From a virus, in UHGV virus genome UHGV-0140617: a stretch of DNA of 34,960 bases, one strand, 5' to 3'. Position 1 is the first letter of the stretch; every line of letters starts with the position of its first letter. The position numbers and the translations under genes are program-made. Of this stretch, positions 27,399 to 34,910 are shown in pieces. Below the pieces are notes generated by a model. The model was not told where the DNA came from and did no database searches. It saw only the letters and a list, made by a program, of their open reading frames with translations.

Positions 27399-27683
27399 TT
27401 ATTCCGCAGATATGCAAACGAAGTCAGAACAGGCCGGGTTGGCGCTCTCCGTTCCTTCCCGGCCTTTTCTTTGCCTTGCGTTCTGCTGTTGTCGTCTGCC
27501 CAATAGCCCACTGTCGCGCACGGAAAAGACAATCAGCGAACATGCTTCCCTTCCGGCTGGACTGAGAGCATCGCCGGTAATAATCAACACCATGCTCTGC
27601 CCCCCCCTGGCGACTTCTGCCGGAAAACCTTCGCCAGCCAGCGCCTCGGTGATGTGCTTTTTGATGAATTCTTCCGGTGACAT
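27399..27683 (-). CDS. Hypothetical protein in cII position (reading frame uncertain because of G8 tract)
   Basis: ATG 27681-27683 lies 1 nt after the cro stop (coupled); contains a G8 homopolymer (plus C8 at 27600-27607); downstream sequence is low complexity. Confidence 0.35.
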   Translation of the reverse strand: MSPEEFIKKHITEALAGEGFPAEVARGGQSMVLIITGDALSPAGREACSLIVFSVRDSGLLGRRQQQNARQRKGREGTESANPACSDFVCISAE

Positions 27684-27684
27684 G

Positions 27685-27900
27685 TCAAGCCTTTACTGAT
27701 GGGTGAGGGAAAATTTCTTCGATAAACACCTTCCGGTCTGACGTACTCAAAGCGGATGCGATGAGATGGCATGTCTCAATATCTGGAACTCTCCGACCAG
27801 ATTCGTAGTGACAAATGGAGCTTTGTGTATGGCCTATGCTCTTCGCCAGCTCGCATTGAGTTAACCCACTGGCAATACGCATATTTTTAAGATTACTCAT
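27685..27900 (-). CDS. cro: Cro-like HTH regulator
   Basis: 71 aa XRE-type helix-turn-helix (ASGLTQCELAKSIGHTQSSICHYESGRR); divergent from the repressor gene across an operator region. Confidence 0.75.
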   Translation of the reverse strand: MSNLKNMRIASGLTQCELAKSIGHTQSSICHYESGRRVPDIETCHLIASALSTSDRKVFIEEIFPHPSVKA

Positions 27901-27924
27901 TTTAATCCCCCGTTACTCAAGGAG

Positions 27925-28005
27925 ATATTACACATTGTATTTGAAATCAGCAAGAAAATATTACATTATGTGCATTGAAACTTTATCACATACTGTAATA
28001 TTATG
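27925..28005. promoter_or_regulatory. Immunity operator/promoter region (OR-like) with divergent promoters
   Basis: ATATTACA at 27925-27932 and 27958-27965, inverted TGTAATAT at 27994-28001; minus-strand promoter TTGCTG-N17-TAATAT (plus 27948-27953 / 27925-27930) for cro; plus-strand TTGAAA (27975-27980) and TATTAT/TAATAT near 27996-28004 for cI. Confidence 0.55.
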
Positions 28006-28010
28006 AGCCT

Positions 28011-28670
28011 ATGAAAACAGAATGGTATGAACTGGCTAAAGCCAGAATGTCTGAAGTGGGGGTTACGCAGGCCCAACTTTCAGAGGAATTGGGTGTTACA
28101 CAAGGTGCTTTGAGCCACTGGCTTAACGGCAGGAGATCGGCTTCGCTTGCTGAAATAGGTTCGATTTTTCGAATCCTTGGCATTGTTGGTGCAACCCTCA
28201 ACATAGATGGTTCATTCACCATCGGACCAGAGCAATTCTCGGCACCTCCTAAACCTCATTATGAATATCCTGTTTTCTCTCACGTTCAGGCAGGTATGTT
28301 TTCTCCAGAGTTCAGAACCTTTACAGAACGCGATGCAGAAGGCTGGGTCAGTACAACCAAAAAAGCCAGTGAACATGCATTCTGGCTTGAGGTTGATGGA
28401 CACTCCATGACAGCCCCAACCGGCTCAAGACCAAGCTTCCCAGCCGGAATGCTCATTCTTGTTGACCCTGAAGAACCAGTTGATCCTGGAGATTTCTGTA
28501 TCGCCAGACTTGGCGGGGATGAATTCACTTTTAAGAAATTGATTAAAGATAGTGGACAGGTCTTTCTTCAGCCGTTAAACCCACAGTTTCCAATGATACC
28601 CTGCAACGAGCATTGCAGAGTCGTTGGCAAGGTGGTCGCATCACAATGGCCTGAAGAGACATTCGGATAA
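28011..28670 (+). CDS. cI: CI-like repressor (HTH plus S24 LexA-like peptidase domain)
   Basis: 219 aa; N-terminal HTH ([23 protein letters not shown]), Ala-Gly cleavage site (VQAGMF), catalytic Ser (VDGHSMT) and Lys (FKKL); no SD upstream, consistent with a leaderless transcript. Confidence 0.85.
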   Translation: MKTEWYELAKARMSEVGVTQAQLSEELGVTQGALSHWLNGRRSASLAEIGSIFRILGIVGATLNIDGSFTIGPEQFSAPPKPHYEYPVFSHVQAGMFSPEFRTFTERDAEGWVSTTKKASEHAFWLEVDGHSMTAPTGSRPSFPAGMLILVDPEEPVDPGDFCIARLGGDEFTFKKLIKDSGQVFLQPLNPQFPMIPCNEHCRVVGKVVASQWPEETFG

Positions 28671-28692
28671 AACATTCTGTAAAATACTCACT

Positions 28693-28716
28693 CCCGGCTT
28701 ATGCCGGGATTTTTTT
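28693..28716 (+). terminator. Intrinsic terminator after cI
   Basis: cccggc(28693-28698) ttat gccggg(28703-28708) followed by T-run (atttttttgt). Confidence 0.8.
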
Positions 28717-28798
28717 GTCTGAATATCAATACCACTAATTAAATACACTTTGAAATCAAACGCTTTCAATTAATAATCAAATTTTATTTCATTTTGTA

Positions 28799-28827
28799 TA
28801 GACATAGTCAATTACGTTTTGTAATAT
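28799..28827 (+). promoter_or_regulatory. Putative early-left promoter with overlapping operator
   Basis: TAGACA (28799-28804)-N17-TAATAT (28822-28827); palindrome ATTAC-N5-GTAAT at 28811-28825 containing TGTAATAT, the same 8-mer as in the cI-cro operator region. Confidence 0.45.
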
Positions 28828-28858
28828 CACTTCATCGGCAAATTACGGAGCCAATGAG

Positions 28859-29152
28859 ATGAACATAACCTCCCAACCAAACCCAGCAAGCCAGGAATTT
28901 GATATTCACGCCAAGCTTAGATCAGCTAATTCGCACTGGCCTTATTGCTATGCTGTCCAGCATTTCGAGAAAGAATTTAATTACCAATTTAATACAAGTT
29001 TTGTTGACGAAATGGAGTTCGCTGTTTACGAACGTATCGATAATTATTTCGTTTTGGTTGATTTCTTTAAGTCATACGATGAAGCATGTGATGATGCTAA
29101 AAAAATCATTGATGACCACCCTGATCTTAAAAAAATGTTCCCTGCTATTTAA
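28859..29152 (+). CDS. Hypothetical acidic protein (first gene of early-left operon)
   Basis: 97 aa; SD ACGGAG 9 nt upstream; no recognisable motif. Confidence 0.5.
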   Translation: MNITSQPNPASQEFDIHAKLRSANSHWPYCYAVQHFEKEFNYQFNTSFVDEMEFAVYERIDNYFVLVDFFKSYDEACDDAKKIIDDHPDLKKMFPAI

Positions 29153-29223
29153 TTAAACCATTAATTAACAAAAAACATCATAAATAACACCTTAACCGGT
29201 GGGGAACAACTCACCCTGAGGAA

Positions 29224-29520
29224 ATGCAGATGAATATTACCGTCAAAAGTGAAGTCTTAAATAACAAGAGCCATTCAGTTAATCAGGATGACGACATTCT
29301 TTATATAAACAAGGCACACAAAACAGCAGAGTGCGCCAATAAATACGCGCATGAGCTACGTACAGAGTTTTTCCAGTTACTGATGCCAGCAATCACGCGT
29401 ACAGATGTGAAGGTAGCAGGAAGATTCACCTCGTTACTTAATGAGCTTTGCTTCATGACCCAAATGACCATGGAGAATTCATCCAAGGGGGGGGGCAATA
29501 ATGACGTTTCTGAAAGATAA
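29224..29520 (+). CDS. Hypothetical protein, apparently truncated at a G9 tract
   Basis: 98 aa as sequenced; with 8 G instead of 9 (29487-29495) the frame continues to TAA 29612-29614, overlapping the next ATG (TAATG). Confidence 0.45.
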   Translation: MQMNITVKSEVLNNKSHSVNQDDDILYINKAHKTAECANKYAHELRTEFFQLLMPAITRTDVKVAGRFTSLLNELCFMTQMTMENSSKGGGNNDVSER

Positions 29521-29613
29521 AGCAGCACACAATACTGCAAAACTTTTTGCCTCTTATGGAAATAGTTATCTGCATATTGCAAACCTTTTTCTGCGCAAGG
29601 CTTACGGGCGGTA

Positions 29614-29976
29614 ATGACAATGAAAAACAATACCATTGAAATTTATCGCCGCCGCGTTGCTATTGCGACATTAAACCGAATGAAGCGCAAGACAGGAGGT
29701 TATTGCCTCTCCGTAAATATGCCCGATAACAATATCCAGGTTATCGAGATTAACGAAGAATCAATGATGAAACTTTTGCTGCGCTTCGAAAAACAGGCTC
29801 GGACTGAATTCAACACAGAAGCGGAAACATTTCTTCGCCAGACGTATATGAAAAGCGTCGATATCAATGAACACACCGAATATCTGACCGAAACCGGAAA
29901 GATGATTGTTGACGAGATTTTTGCGGAATTAATTAAACACGCGAAAGAGAAATACGTATGTGGAGGAATTAACTGA
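29614..29976 (+). CDS. Hypothetical protein
   Basis: 120 aa; stop overlaps next ATG (TGATG). Confidence 0.5.
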   Translation: MTMKNNTIEIYRRRVAIATLNRMKRKTGGYCLSVNMPDNNIQVIEINEESMMKLLLRFEKQARTEFNTEAETFLRQTYMKSVDINEHTEYLTETGKMIVDEIFAELIKHAKEKYVCGGIN

Positions 29977-30205
29977 TGGCCTCACAACAAACAATTATTC
30001 ACGGAATGCAGACCCCCCCCCAGTCCTCAACGTGGATCTGCATGTGCTTCCGGATTTCACCGGACGCGTGGTTCTTTACATCGAAAAAGGGCGTGTGACA
30101 TGCGACCGCCGTCTGCTCGACGACGAACATATTTGCGCACTGGACACTTTTATCGAAATGGCTCGCGAAATGGAGCTACGTCTTGAGGAAATATCGAATG
30201 ACTGA
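29976..30205 (+). pseudogene. Hypothetical gene interrupted by frameshift at C9 tract
   Basis: ATG 29976 with SD GGAGG reads MASQQTIIHGMQTPP then shifts frame at C9 (30013-30021); the downstream frame (...VLNVDLHV...EEISND) ends ATGACTGA-coupled to the next gene; 10 C would restore one ORF of about 76 aa. Confidence 0.5.
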
Positions 30206-30620
30206 CAACCGTACCGTAAGCGCGATTGACCTCGCGTTACAGAAACACGATACGCCAGTTGGCCCTTTGTTCGTGGCAGTACGACACGGGCGCACAAAAA
30301 AATGTTTCACCCTCAACACTGCAATCCGTTATCTGGCGTTCTTCATGACTACCGAAGCTTTCAGTCGTTCCGGCTTCGAGCAGCGCTACCCGGATGTGCA
30401 GACCGTCTACCCTCTCAATCCAGAACTGAATTGTTGGCAACGAGGAGGCACAACAGTTGAGTACATCGGAGCCCACCAGCGCTGTATTCGACGTCTTCGC
30501 CGCATTCTGGCCATTAAGCGTGACATGCAGAAGTGGTGTGAGAAGTGGGACGCCATGCATGACCGCTTCGTTAAAGAGGTTGACGCACTACAGGCCAGTA
30601 AACCGGAGGGTATTCGATGA
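30198..30620 (+). CDS. Hypothetical protein
   Basis: 140 aa from ATG 30198 (MTDNRTV...); the track ORF starts earlier at TTG. Confidence 0.5.
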   Translation: MTDNRTVSAIDLALQKHDTPVGPLFVAVRHGRTKKCFTLNTAIRYLAFFMTTEAFSRSGFEQRYPDVQTVYPLNPELNCWQRGGTTVEYIGAHQRCIRRLRRILAIKRDMQKWCEKWDAMHDRFVKEVDALQASKPEGIR

Positions 30621-31195
30621 GCAGCAATAACGAAGCGCCAGAAACTACGCCAAACGGCATCAAAATCGGAAATCGCGTTATTGGCTGGTCTGGTGCGGTT
30701 AAACAATTCGATGGTCCACGCTTTGACTCCCGCAACTCAGAGGGTCTGCGTTGGTTGGCCTGCATTATGGATGCAGTTGCAGCTGGTTGGATTTCTTTAG
30801 GCACAGAGAAAGAACTCATTCTATGGCGCTGGCTGGTAGCAACGGTATTCATCAATGAAGAGAAGGATAAGAACGGCGCTATCGAAATCCCGAACGAAGA
30901 CGGCGGCGTTGATATCGCGGTCATTTACTCGGGTAAGAAAGGCGACCTGAGCATCTACCCCGGCCCGCTGCGCTTTTCTCTAGCTAACCATGTTGAAGGT
31001 ATCGCGATCGAGAAATACGGCGCTGAGGAAGGTCCAGCGCTGGCGCTGCGCATGTACAAGGACATGGTGATTGCAGATCCCGGGTATGGATTCAGGATGT
31101 CCCCTTTTGGGCGCGAGGGGCTTGAGATACTTCACGATGACTGCATCGGAATGATCAACACCAACGGCATGCCAGAAGCGCATGTGATTCACTAA
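30617..31195 (+). CDS. Hypothetical protein
   Basis: 192 aa, no recognised motif; ATGA-coupled to the upstream gene. Confidence 0.5.
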   Translation: MSSNNEAPETTPNGIKIGNRVIGWSGAVKQFDGPRFDSRNSEGLRWLACIMDAVAAGWISLGTEKELILWRWLVATVFINEEKDKNGAIEIPNEDGGVDIAVIYSGKKGDLSIYPGPLRFSLANHVEGIAIEKYGAEEGPALALRMYKDMVIADPGYGFRMSPFGREGLEILHDDCIGMINTNGMPEAHVIH

Positions 31196-31205
31196 GGAGA
31201 AAGCC

Positions 31206-31784
31206 ATGTTTATTTATACCGATCTGCTCCGAGCCGCTATGTGCTGCACTGCCAGTCAGGAAGACACCCGGAAAATCCTGAGAGGTGTACGCCTCACGCC
31301 AACTCATATTCAGGCAACGAATGGTATTGCTGCAGTTTCAATGAAGCATGATGCCAAAACAGAAATGGAAGGCGTATTTATCCTGCACGGTGATATTCCG
31401 ACTAACGCAGAAGGAACCGTATTCCAGCAAATTGGTAGCCAGTGGATTGCTGCTCATATGGACGACTACGAGCGCCCGGTTGGGCATAACGAGCTTGAAC
31501 TGGTTGAAGGCAAGTTTCCAGATCTTAGCAAGCTGCTGCCGACAGAGGAAGAGCCGTGTGCTGAGTTCCCTCCTTTCGCTGCTGAATTGCTTGCTTTGCC
31601 TTATCGCATGTTTGGTAATGAATTTGCGTCAATGCCCGTTAATTTCAAACTCTTTGGCCCTGAAAAACCATGTCAGGTACTGTTTAACGTTGCTGTTAAC
31701 AGCTTCTACGGCGATCCGGTGCTGGTAATCATGCCGATGAAATCGACGGTGTTCGAACTGCACCGTAAGGCGATGGAAGAATGA
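31206..31784 (+). CDS. Hypothetical protein with possible beta-clamp (DnaN)-like domain
   Basis: 192 aa; C-terminal PVLVIMPMK resembles the DnaN C-terminal VVMPMR motif and ILRGVRL...IQATNG resembles a clamp-domain segment; similarity recalled from memory, not computed. Confidence 0.45.
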   Translation: MFIYTDLLRAAMCCTASQEDTRKILRGVRLTPTHIQATNGIAAVSMKHDAKTEMEGVFILHGDIPTNAEGTVFQQIGSQWIAAHMDDYERPVGHNELELVEGKFPDLSKLLPTEEEPCAEFPPFAAELLALPYRMFGNEFASMPVNFKLFGPEKPCQVLFNVAVNSFYGDPVLVIMPMKSTVFELHRKAMEE

Positions 31785-31903
31785 AAAAGATGTATGTGCG
31801 CTCCCTGTGGGCGATGTTCTTCTCAATTCTGTTTGGTATTGGCGCTGCAGCCGGTGCGATAGGTTTTATCGGTGCAATGAAAATGTTGGCAGGAGTTCTG
31901 TGA
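31781..31903 (+). CDS. Small glycine-zipper membrane peptide (40 aa)
   Basis: MKKMYVRSLWAMFFSILFGIGAAAGAIGFIGAMKMLAGVL; ATGA overlap with the upstream stop and TGATG overlap with the downstream start; below track cut-off. Confidence 0.4.
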   Translation: MKKMYVRSLWAMFFSILFGIGAAAGAIGFIGAMKMLAGVL

Positions 31904-32127
31904 TGAAAATTGACTTCAACGACTACGGGGCGGTTGCATCGGTAACGATCACCAGCACTATTTTCGAGTTTCGCAAACATAACCGGGTGGTTGACACCAC
32001 TCTGTTTCTGGTGCCGGGAGTGGTCAGCGAACGGCGCGGAGCATTCTTCATGAAGACATTTATTTCAGGGAAAACCCGCGATGCACTGCGGGCTTATAAA
32101 ACCGTACAGCGTGAGGTGAAACGATGA
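31903..32127 (+). CDS. Hypothetical protein
   Basis: 74 aa from ATG 31903 with SD AGGAG. Confidence 0.45.
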   Translation: MKIDFNDYGAVASVTITSTIFEFRKHNRVVDTTLFLVPGVVSERRGAFFMKTFISGKTRDALRAYKTVQREVKR

Positions 32128-32336
32128 GCAAAGGCCAGCAACCAGCCTATCCATGCCCGCGCATCGATACTCCCCGTGGCATGACTTACCGCCAGCACCT
32201 CGTTGTGCAGATAGCGCCGGTAATGCTCACGAATTTTTTTAGCAATGATGCCTGGCAGGATTACGACGACCTAGCCAGAACTCTGGTGATGGCTGTAGAT
32301 GCCATCATCGAAGCTGAGCGGGAGACGGCGAAATGA
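32124..32336 (+). CDS. Hypothetical protein
   Basis: 70 aa, ATGA-coupled on both sides. Confidence 0.45.
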   Translation: MSKGQQPAYPCPRIDTPRGMTYRQHLVVQIAPVMLTNFFSNDAWQDYDDLARTLVMAVDAIIEAERETAK

Positions 32337-32794
32337 GCAAAATCACTAACCCTGTCGTGCTTATCTATAAGCGCGAAAACAGTGATACCTACGCTGTCGC
32401 GATCACCAATGGCAGCCAGGACTATCACGACGCCGTTCTGATGGCGACGATGGAACCGGATATGGCCGGTGATGATGTAGATACCTGGAGCAAAACCGGT
32501 TACTACATGGCGGCGGAGATTCAGCGCTTACGCCAGCAGTTGATCGCCCCTTTAAGTATTGGGGAGTTAATTCAGCGTCTTGAATCGCAGACTAGCGACC
32601 ACTGGGAGAGAGTGGTTTGCGATGTCACTTCTGGTAAACCGTTGACCATCACCCTGCCAGATATCACGTCAAAGGCGTTCTGGAGCGGTACCGGGAAAAG
32701 CGAGGTATTCCATCCGGAAAGCTATAAGCGCTGGGTAAAAGAAGCTATAGAACGAGCCTGTGTTATCGCAGGGATCGGTGTGGAGGTGAAGTGA
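32333..32794 (+). CDS. Hypothetical protein
   Basis: 153 aa, coupled within the operon. Confidence 0.5.
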   Translation: MSKITNPVVLIYKRENSDTYAVAITNGSQDYHDAVLMATMEPDMAGDDVDTWSKTGYYMAAEIQRLRQQLIAPLSIGELIQRLESQTSDHWERVVCDVTSGKPLTITLPDITSKAFWSGTGKSEVFHPESYKRWVKEAIERACVIAGIGVEVK

Positions 32795-33156
32795 TGCAAA
32801 AATCATTTATCAATACAGATAATCTGAACTCTGTAAATGACTGCCTCCAGCAACTGGTAATCGCTGAAGAAACACAACTGAGCATTGAAGACCAGTTGTC
32901 CAACTCAAACAGTAGTAGTGAATGGAGTGCGTGGCGCAAAAAGGCAGAGAATGCCTTACGGGTTGTAAAAGCGAAGCGTCGCATCATCACAGCCCGTCTT
33001 GCTGTTCTCCGCCAGATTGAAAAAGAAAACAACATGCAACTCCACCAGCGACACAACGATTACCTGGTTGCTGAGTTGAAAAAGATTGTTACGCCGTCGT
33101 CGTTTGAGCGTTGCGTTCGTCGGGTTGATGAAAAATTGGAGGGATCAATTGAATAA
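32791..33156 (+). CDS. Hypothetical protein (Ser-rich linker, basic helical C-terminus)
   Basis: 121 aa, coupled to the upstream gene. Confidence 0.45.
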   Translation: MMQKSFINTDNLNSVNDCLQQLVIAEETQLSIEDQLSNSNSSSEWSAWRKKAENALRVVKAKRRIITARLAVLRQIEKENNMQLHQRHNDYLVAELKKIVTPSSFERCVRRVDEKLEGSIE

Positions 33157-33295
33157 GGCATTTGAAATCTGGGTGCGTCAGCGGTACGGAAACCGCTACG
33201 ACCTCTCGAGGGATCAGGAAGGATTCTACTGCCGGGAAGTGATTAAACGAATGTTCGAAACGTGGTGCCACTGCCGTGGCCTGAACGTGGTGTGA
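33128..33295 (+). CDS. Hypothetical small protein
   Basis: 55 aa from ATG 33128 (MKNWRDQLNKAFEIW...), overlapping the upstream gene end. Confidence 0.3.
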   Translation: MKNWRDQLNKAFEIWVRQRYGNRYDLSRDQEGFYCREVIKRMFETWCHCRGLNVV

Positions 33296-33304
33296 GGCGG
33301 GTAT

Positions 33305-33541
33305 ATGAGCAATGTTATTCAGTTAGCTCCTAACGATTGGGTTTGTGAAAGTGTTCTGATCGCGGTGACCGGGCTCAAGCCCGGTACCATCCTCCGGGCC
33401 AGAAAAGAGTGCTGGATGGTTGGGAGGGAGTATATCCACGTATCACCTGACGGGAATCCAAAACCTTCCAGTGAGTGCATGTATAACAGAAAGGCTGTAG
33501 ATGCCTGGGTCGCTTCAATGAAAAGCAAGCAGCCAGGATGA
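33305..33541 (+). CDS. xis: Putative excisionase
   Basis: 78 aa small basic protein immediately upstream of the integrase. Confidence 0.55.
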   Translation: MSNVIQLAPNDWVCESVLIAVTGLKPGTILRARKECWMVGREYIHVSPDGNPKPSSECMYNRKAVDAWVASMKSKQPG

Positions 33542-33596
33542 TTTGATGCCATGAAAAAGGTAAGCTCGTATCGCTCTTGGGCGTCTGGAGGTATTA

Positions 33597-34910
33597 ATGG
33601 ATAAAATCACATATCCAACAGGCGTCGAAAACCACGGTGGCAGTCTGCGCATCTGGTTTAATTTTAAAGGTAAGCGCGTCAGGGAAAACCTCGGTGTCCC
33701 TGACACCGCTAAGAACAGGAAGATCGCCGGGGAACTGCGGGTGTCGGTATGCTTTGCCATCCGCACGGGAAGCTTTGATTATGCTGAACGGTTTCCAGAT
33801 TCACCTAACCTTAAAATTTTTGGGTTGGGCAAGAAAGAAATCACAGTGAAAGAACTCGAAGAGAAGTGGCTGGATCTGAAAAAGATGGAAATCAGCGCGA
33901 ACGCGCACAAACGGTACGAGTCGGTCGTGGCAGTTGTTGTACCGCTGATCGGGGCTACCCGACTAGTGACAGCGATTGAGAAAGAAGAGTTGCTGTACAT
34001 CAGGAAAGAGCTTTTGATGGGTTATCAGTGCGCGGCAAAGGGCAGGATCCCTGTTAAGGGCCGGAGCGCGGTCACCGTCAATTACTACATGACGACTATC
34101 GCCGGAATGTTCCAGTTCGCCGCCGATAATGGGTACATAAAGGCAAATCCCTTTGATGGAATAAAGCCATTAAAAAGGGCCAGGGTGGAGCCAGATCCGC
34201 TCAGCCGTGATGAATTCATCCGTCTGATAGATGCGTGCCGGCATCAGCAGACGAAAAACATGTGGTCACTGGCGGTGTACACAGGTGTTCGTCACGGAGA
34301 ACTGGTTTCCCTGGCATGGGAAGATATAGACCTTGAAGCGGGTATAATAACAATTCGCCGTAATTATACAAAACTGGGCGAGTTCACACTACCGAAAACG
34401 GACGCCAGTACGGATAGAGTGATACACCTCATTCAGCCAGCCATCGATGCGTTAAGGAATCAGATGGAAATGACCAGACTCGGGCAGCAGTATCACATCA
34501 ACGTGCAATTGCGTGAATATGGTCGAACAACGCAGCACAGCTGTACATTTGTCTTTAACCCTAAGATAGTCCGTCGAAGTAAGGATGTGGGGGTTATCTA
34601 CAAGGTTGATTCGTTTGGTGACTCGTGGGACGCAGGGTTAAAAAAGGCGGGGATCAGGCATCGAAAAGCTTACCAGTCGCGCCACACTTACGCGTGCTGG
34701 TCACTGGCCGCTGGCGCCAATCCAAGCTTTATAGCCAGTCAGATGGGGCACGCTAGTGCGCAAATGGTTTTCAATGTGTACGGCGCATGGATGGCTGACA
34801 GCAGCGCAGAGCAGATCGCAATGCTGAATCAGAAGCTGGCAGATTTTGCCCCATTGATGCCCCATAGCCACGATAACAGTACGGGAGGATTATTAAAATC
34901 AGTAAGTTAA
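33597..34910 (+). CDS. int: Tyrosine integrase (phage integrase family)
   Basis: 437 aa; C-terminal catalytic region with R...HxxR...Y pattern (AYQSRHTYACWSLAAG...GHASAQMVFNVYGAW); terminal gene of the prophage arm. Confidence 0.9.
   Translation: MDKITYPTGVENHGGSLRIWFNFKGKRVRENLGVPDTAKNRKIAGELRVSVCFAIRTGSFDYAERFPDSPNLKIFGLGKKEITVKELEEKWLDLKKMEISANAHKRYESVVAVVVPLIGATRLVTAIEKEELLYIRKELLMGYQCAAKGRIPVKGRSAVTVNYYMTTIAGMFQFAADNGYIKANPFDGIKPLKRARVEPDPLSRDEFIRLIDACRHQQTKNMWSLAVYTGVRHGELVSLAWEDIDLEAGIITIRRNYTKLGEFTLPKTDASTDRVIHLIQPAIDALRNQMEMTRLGQQYHINVQLREYGRTTQHSCTFVFNPKIVRRSKDVGVIYKVDSFGDSWDAGLKKAGIRHRKAYQSRHTYACWSLAAGANPSFIASQMGHASAQMVFNVYGAWMADSSAEQIAMLNQKLADFAPLMPHSHDNSTGGLLKSVS

Noticed and set aside
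29960-30205. Track ORF 29960..30205 starting at GTG
   Set aside because: The GTG start lies inside the preceding gene; the real gene starts at ATG 29976 in another frame and reaches this frame only via the C9 tract, so this is reported as a frameshifted gene instead.
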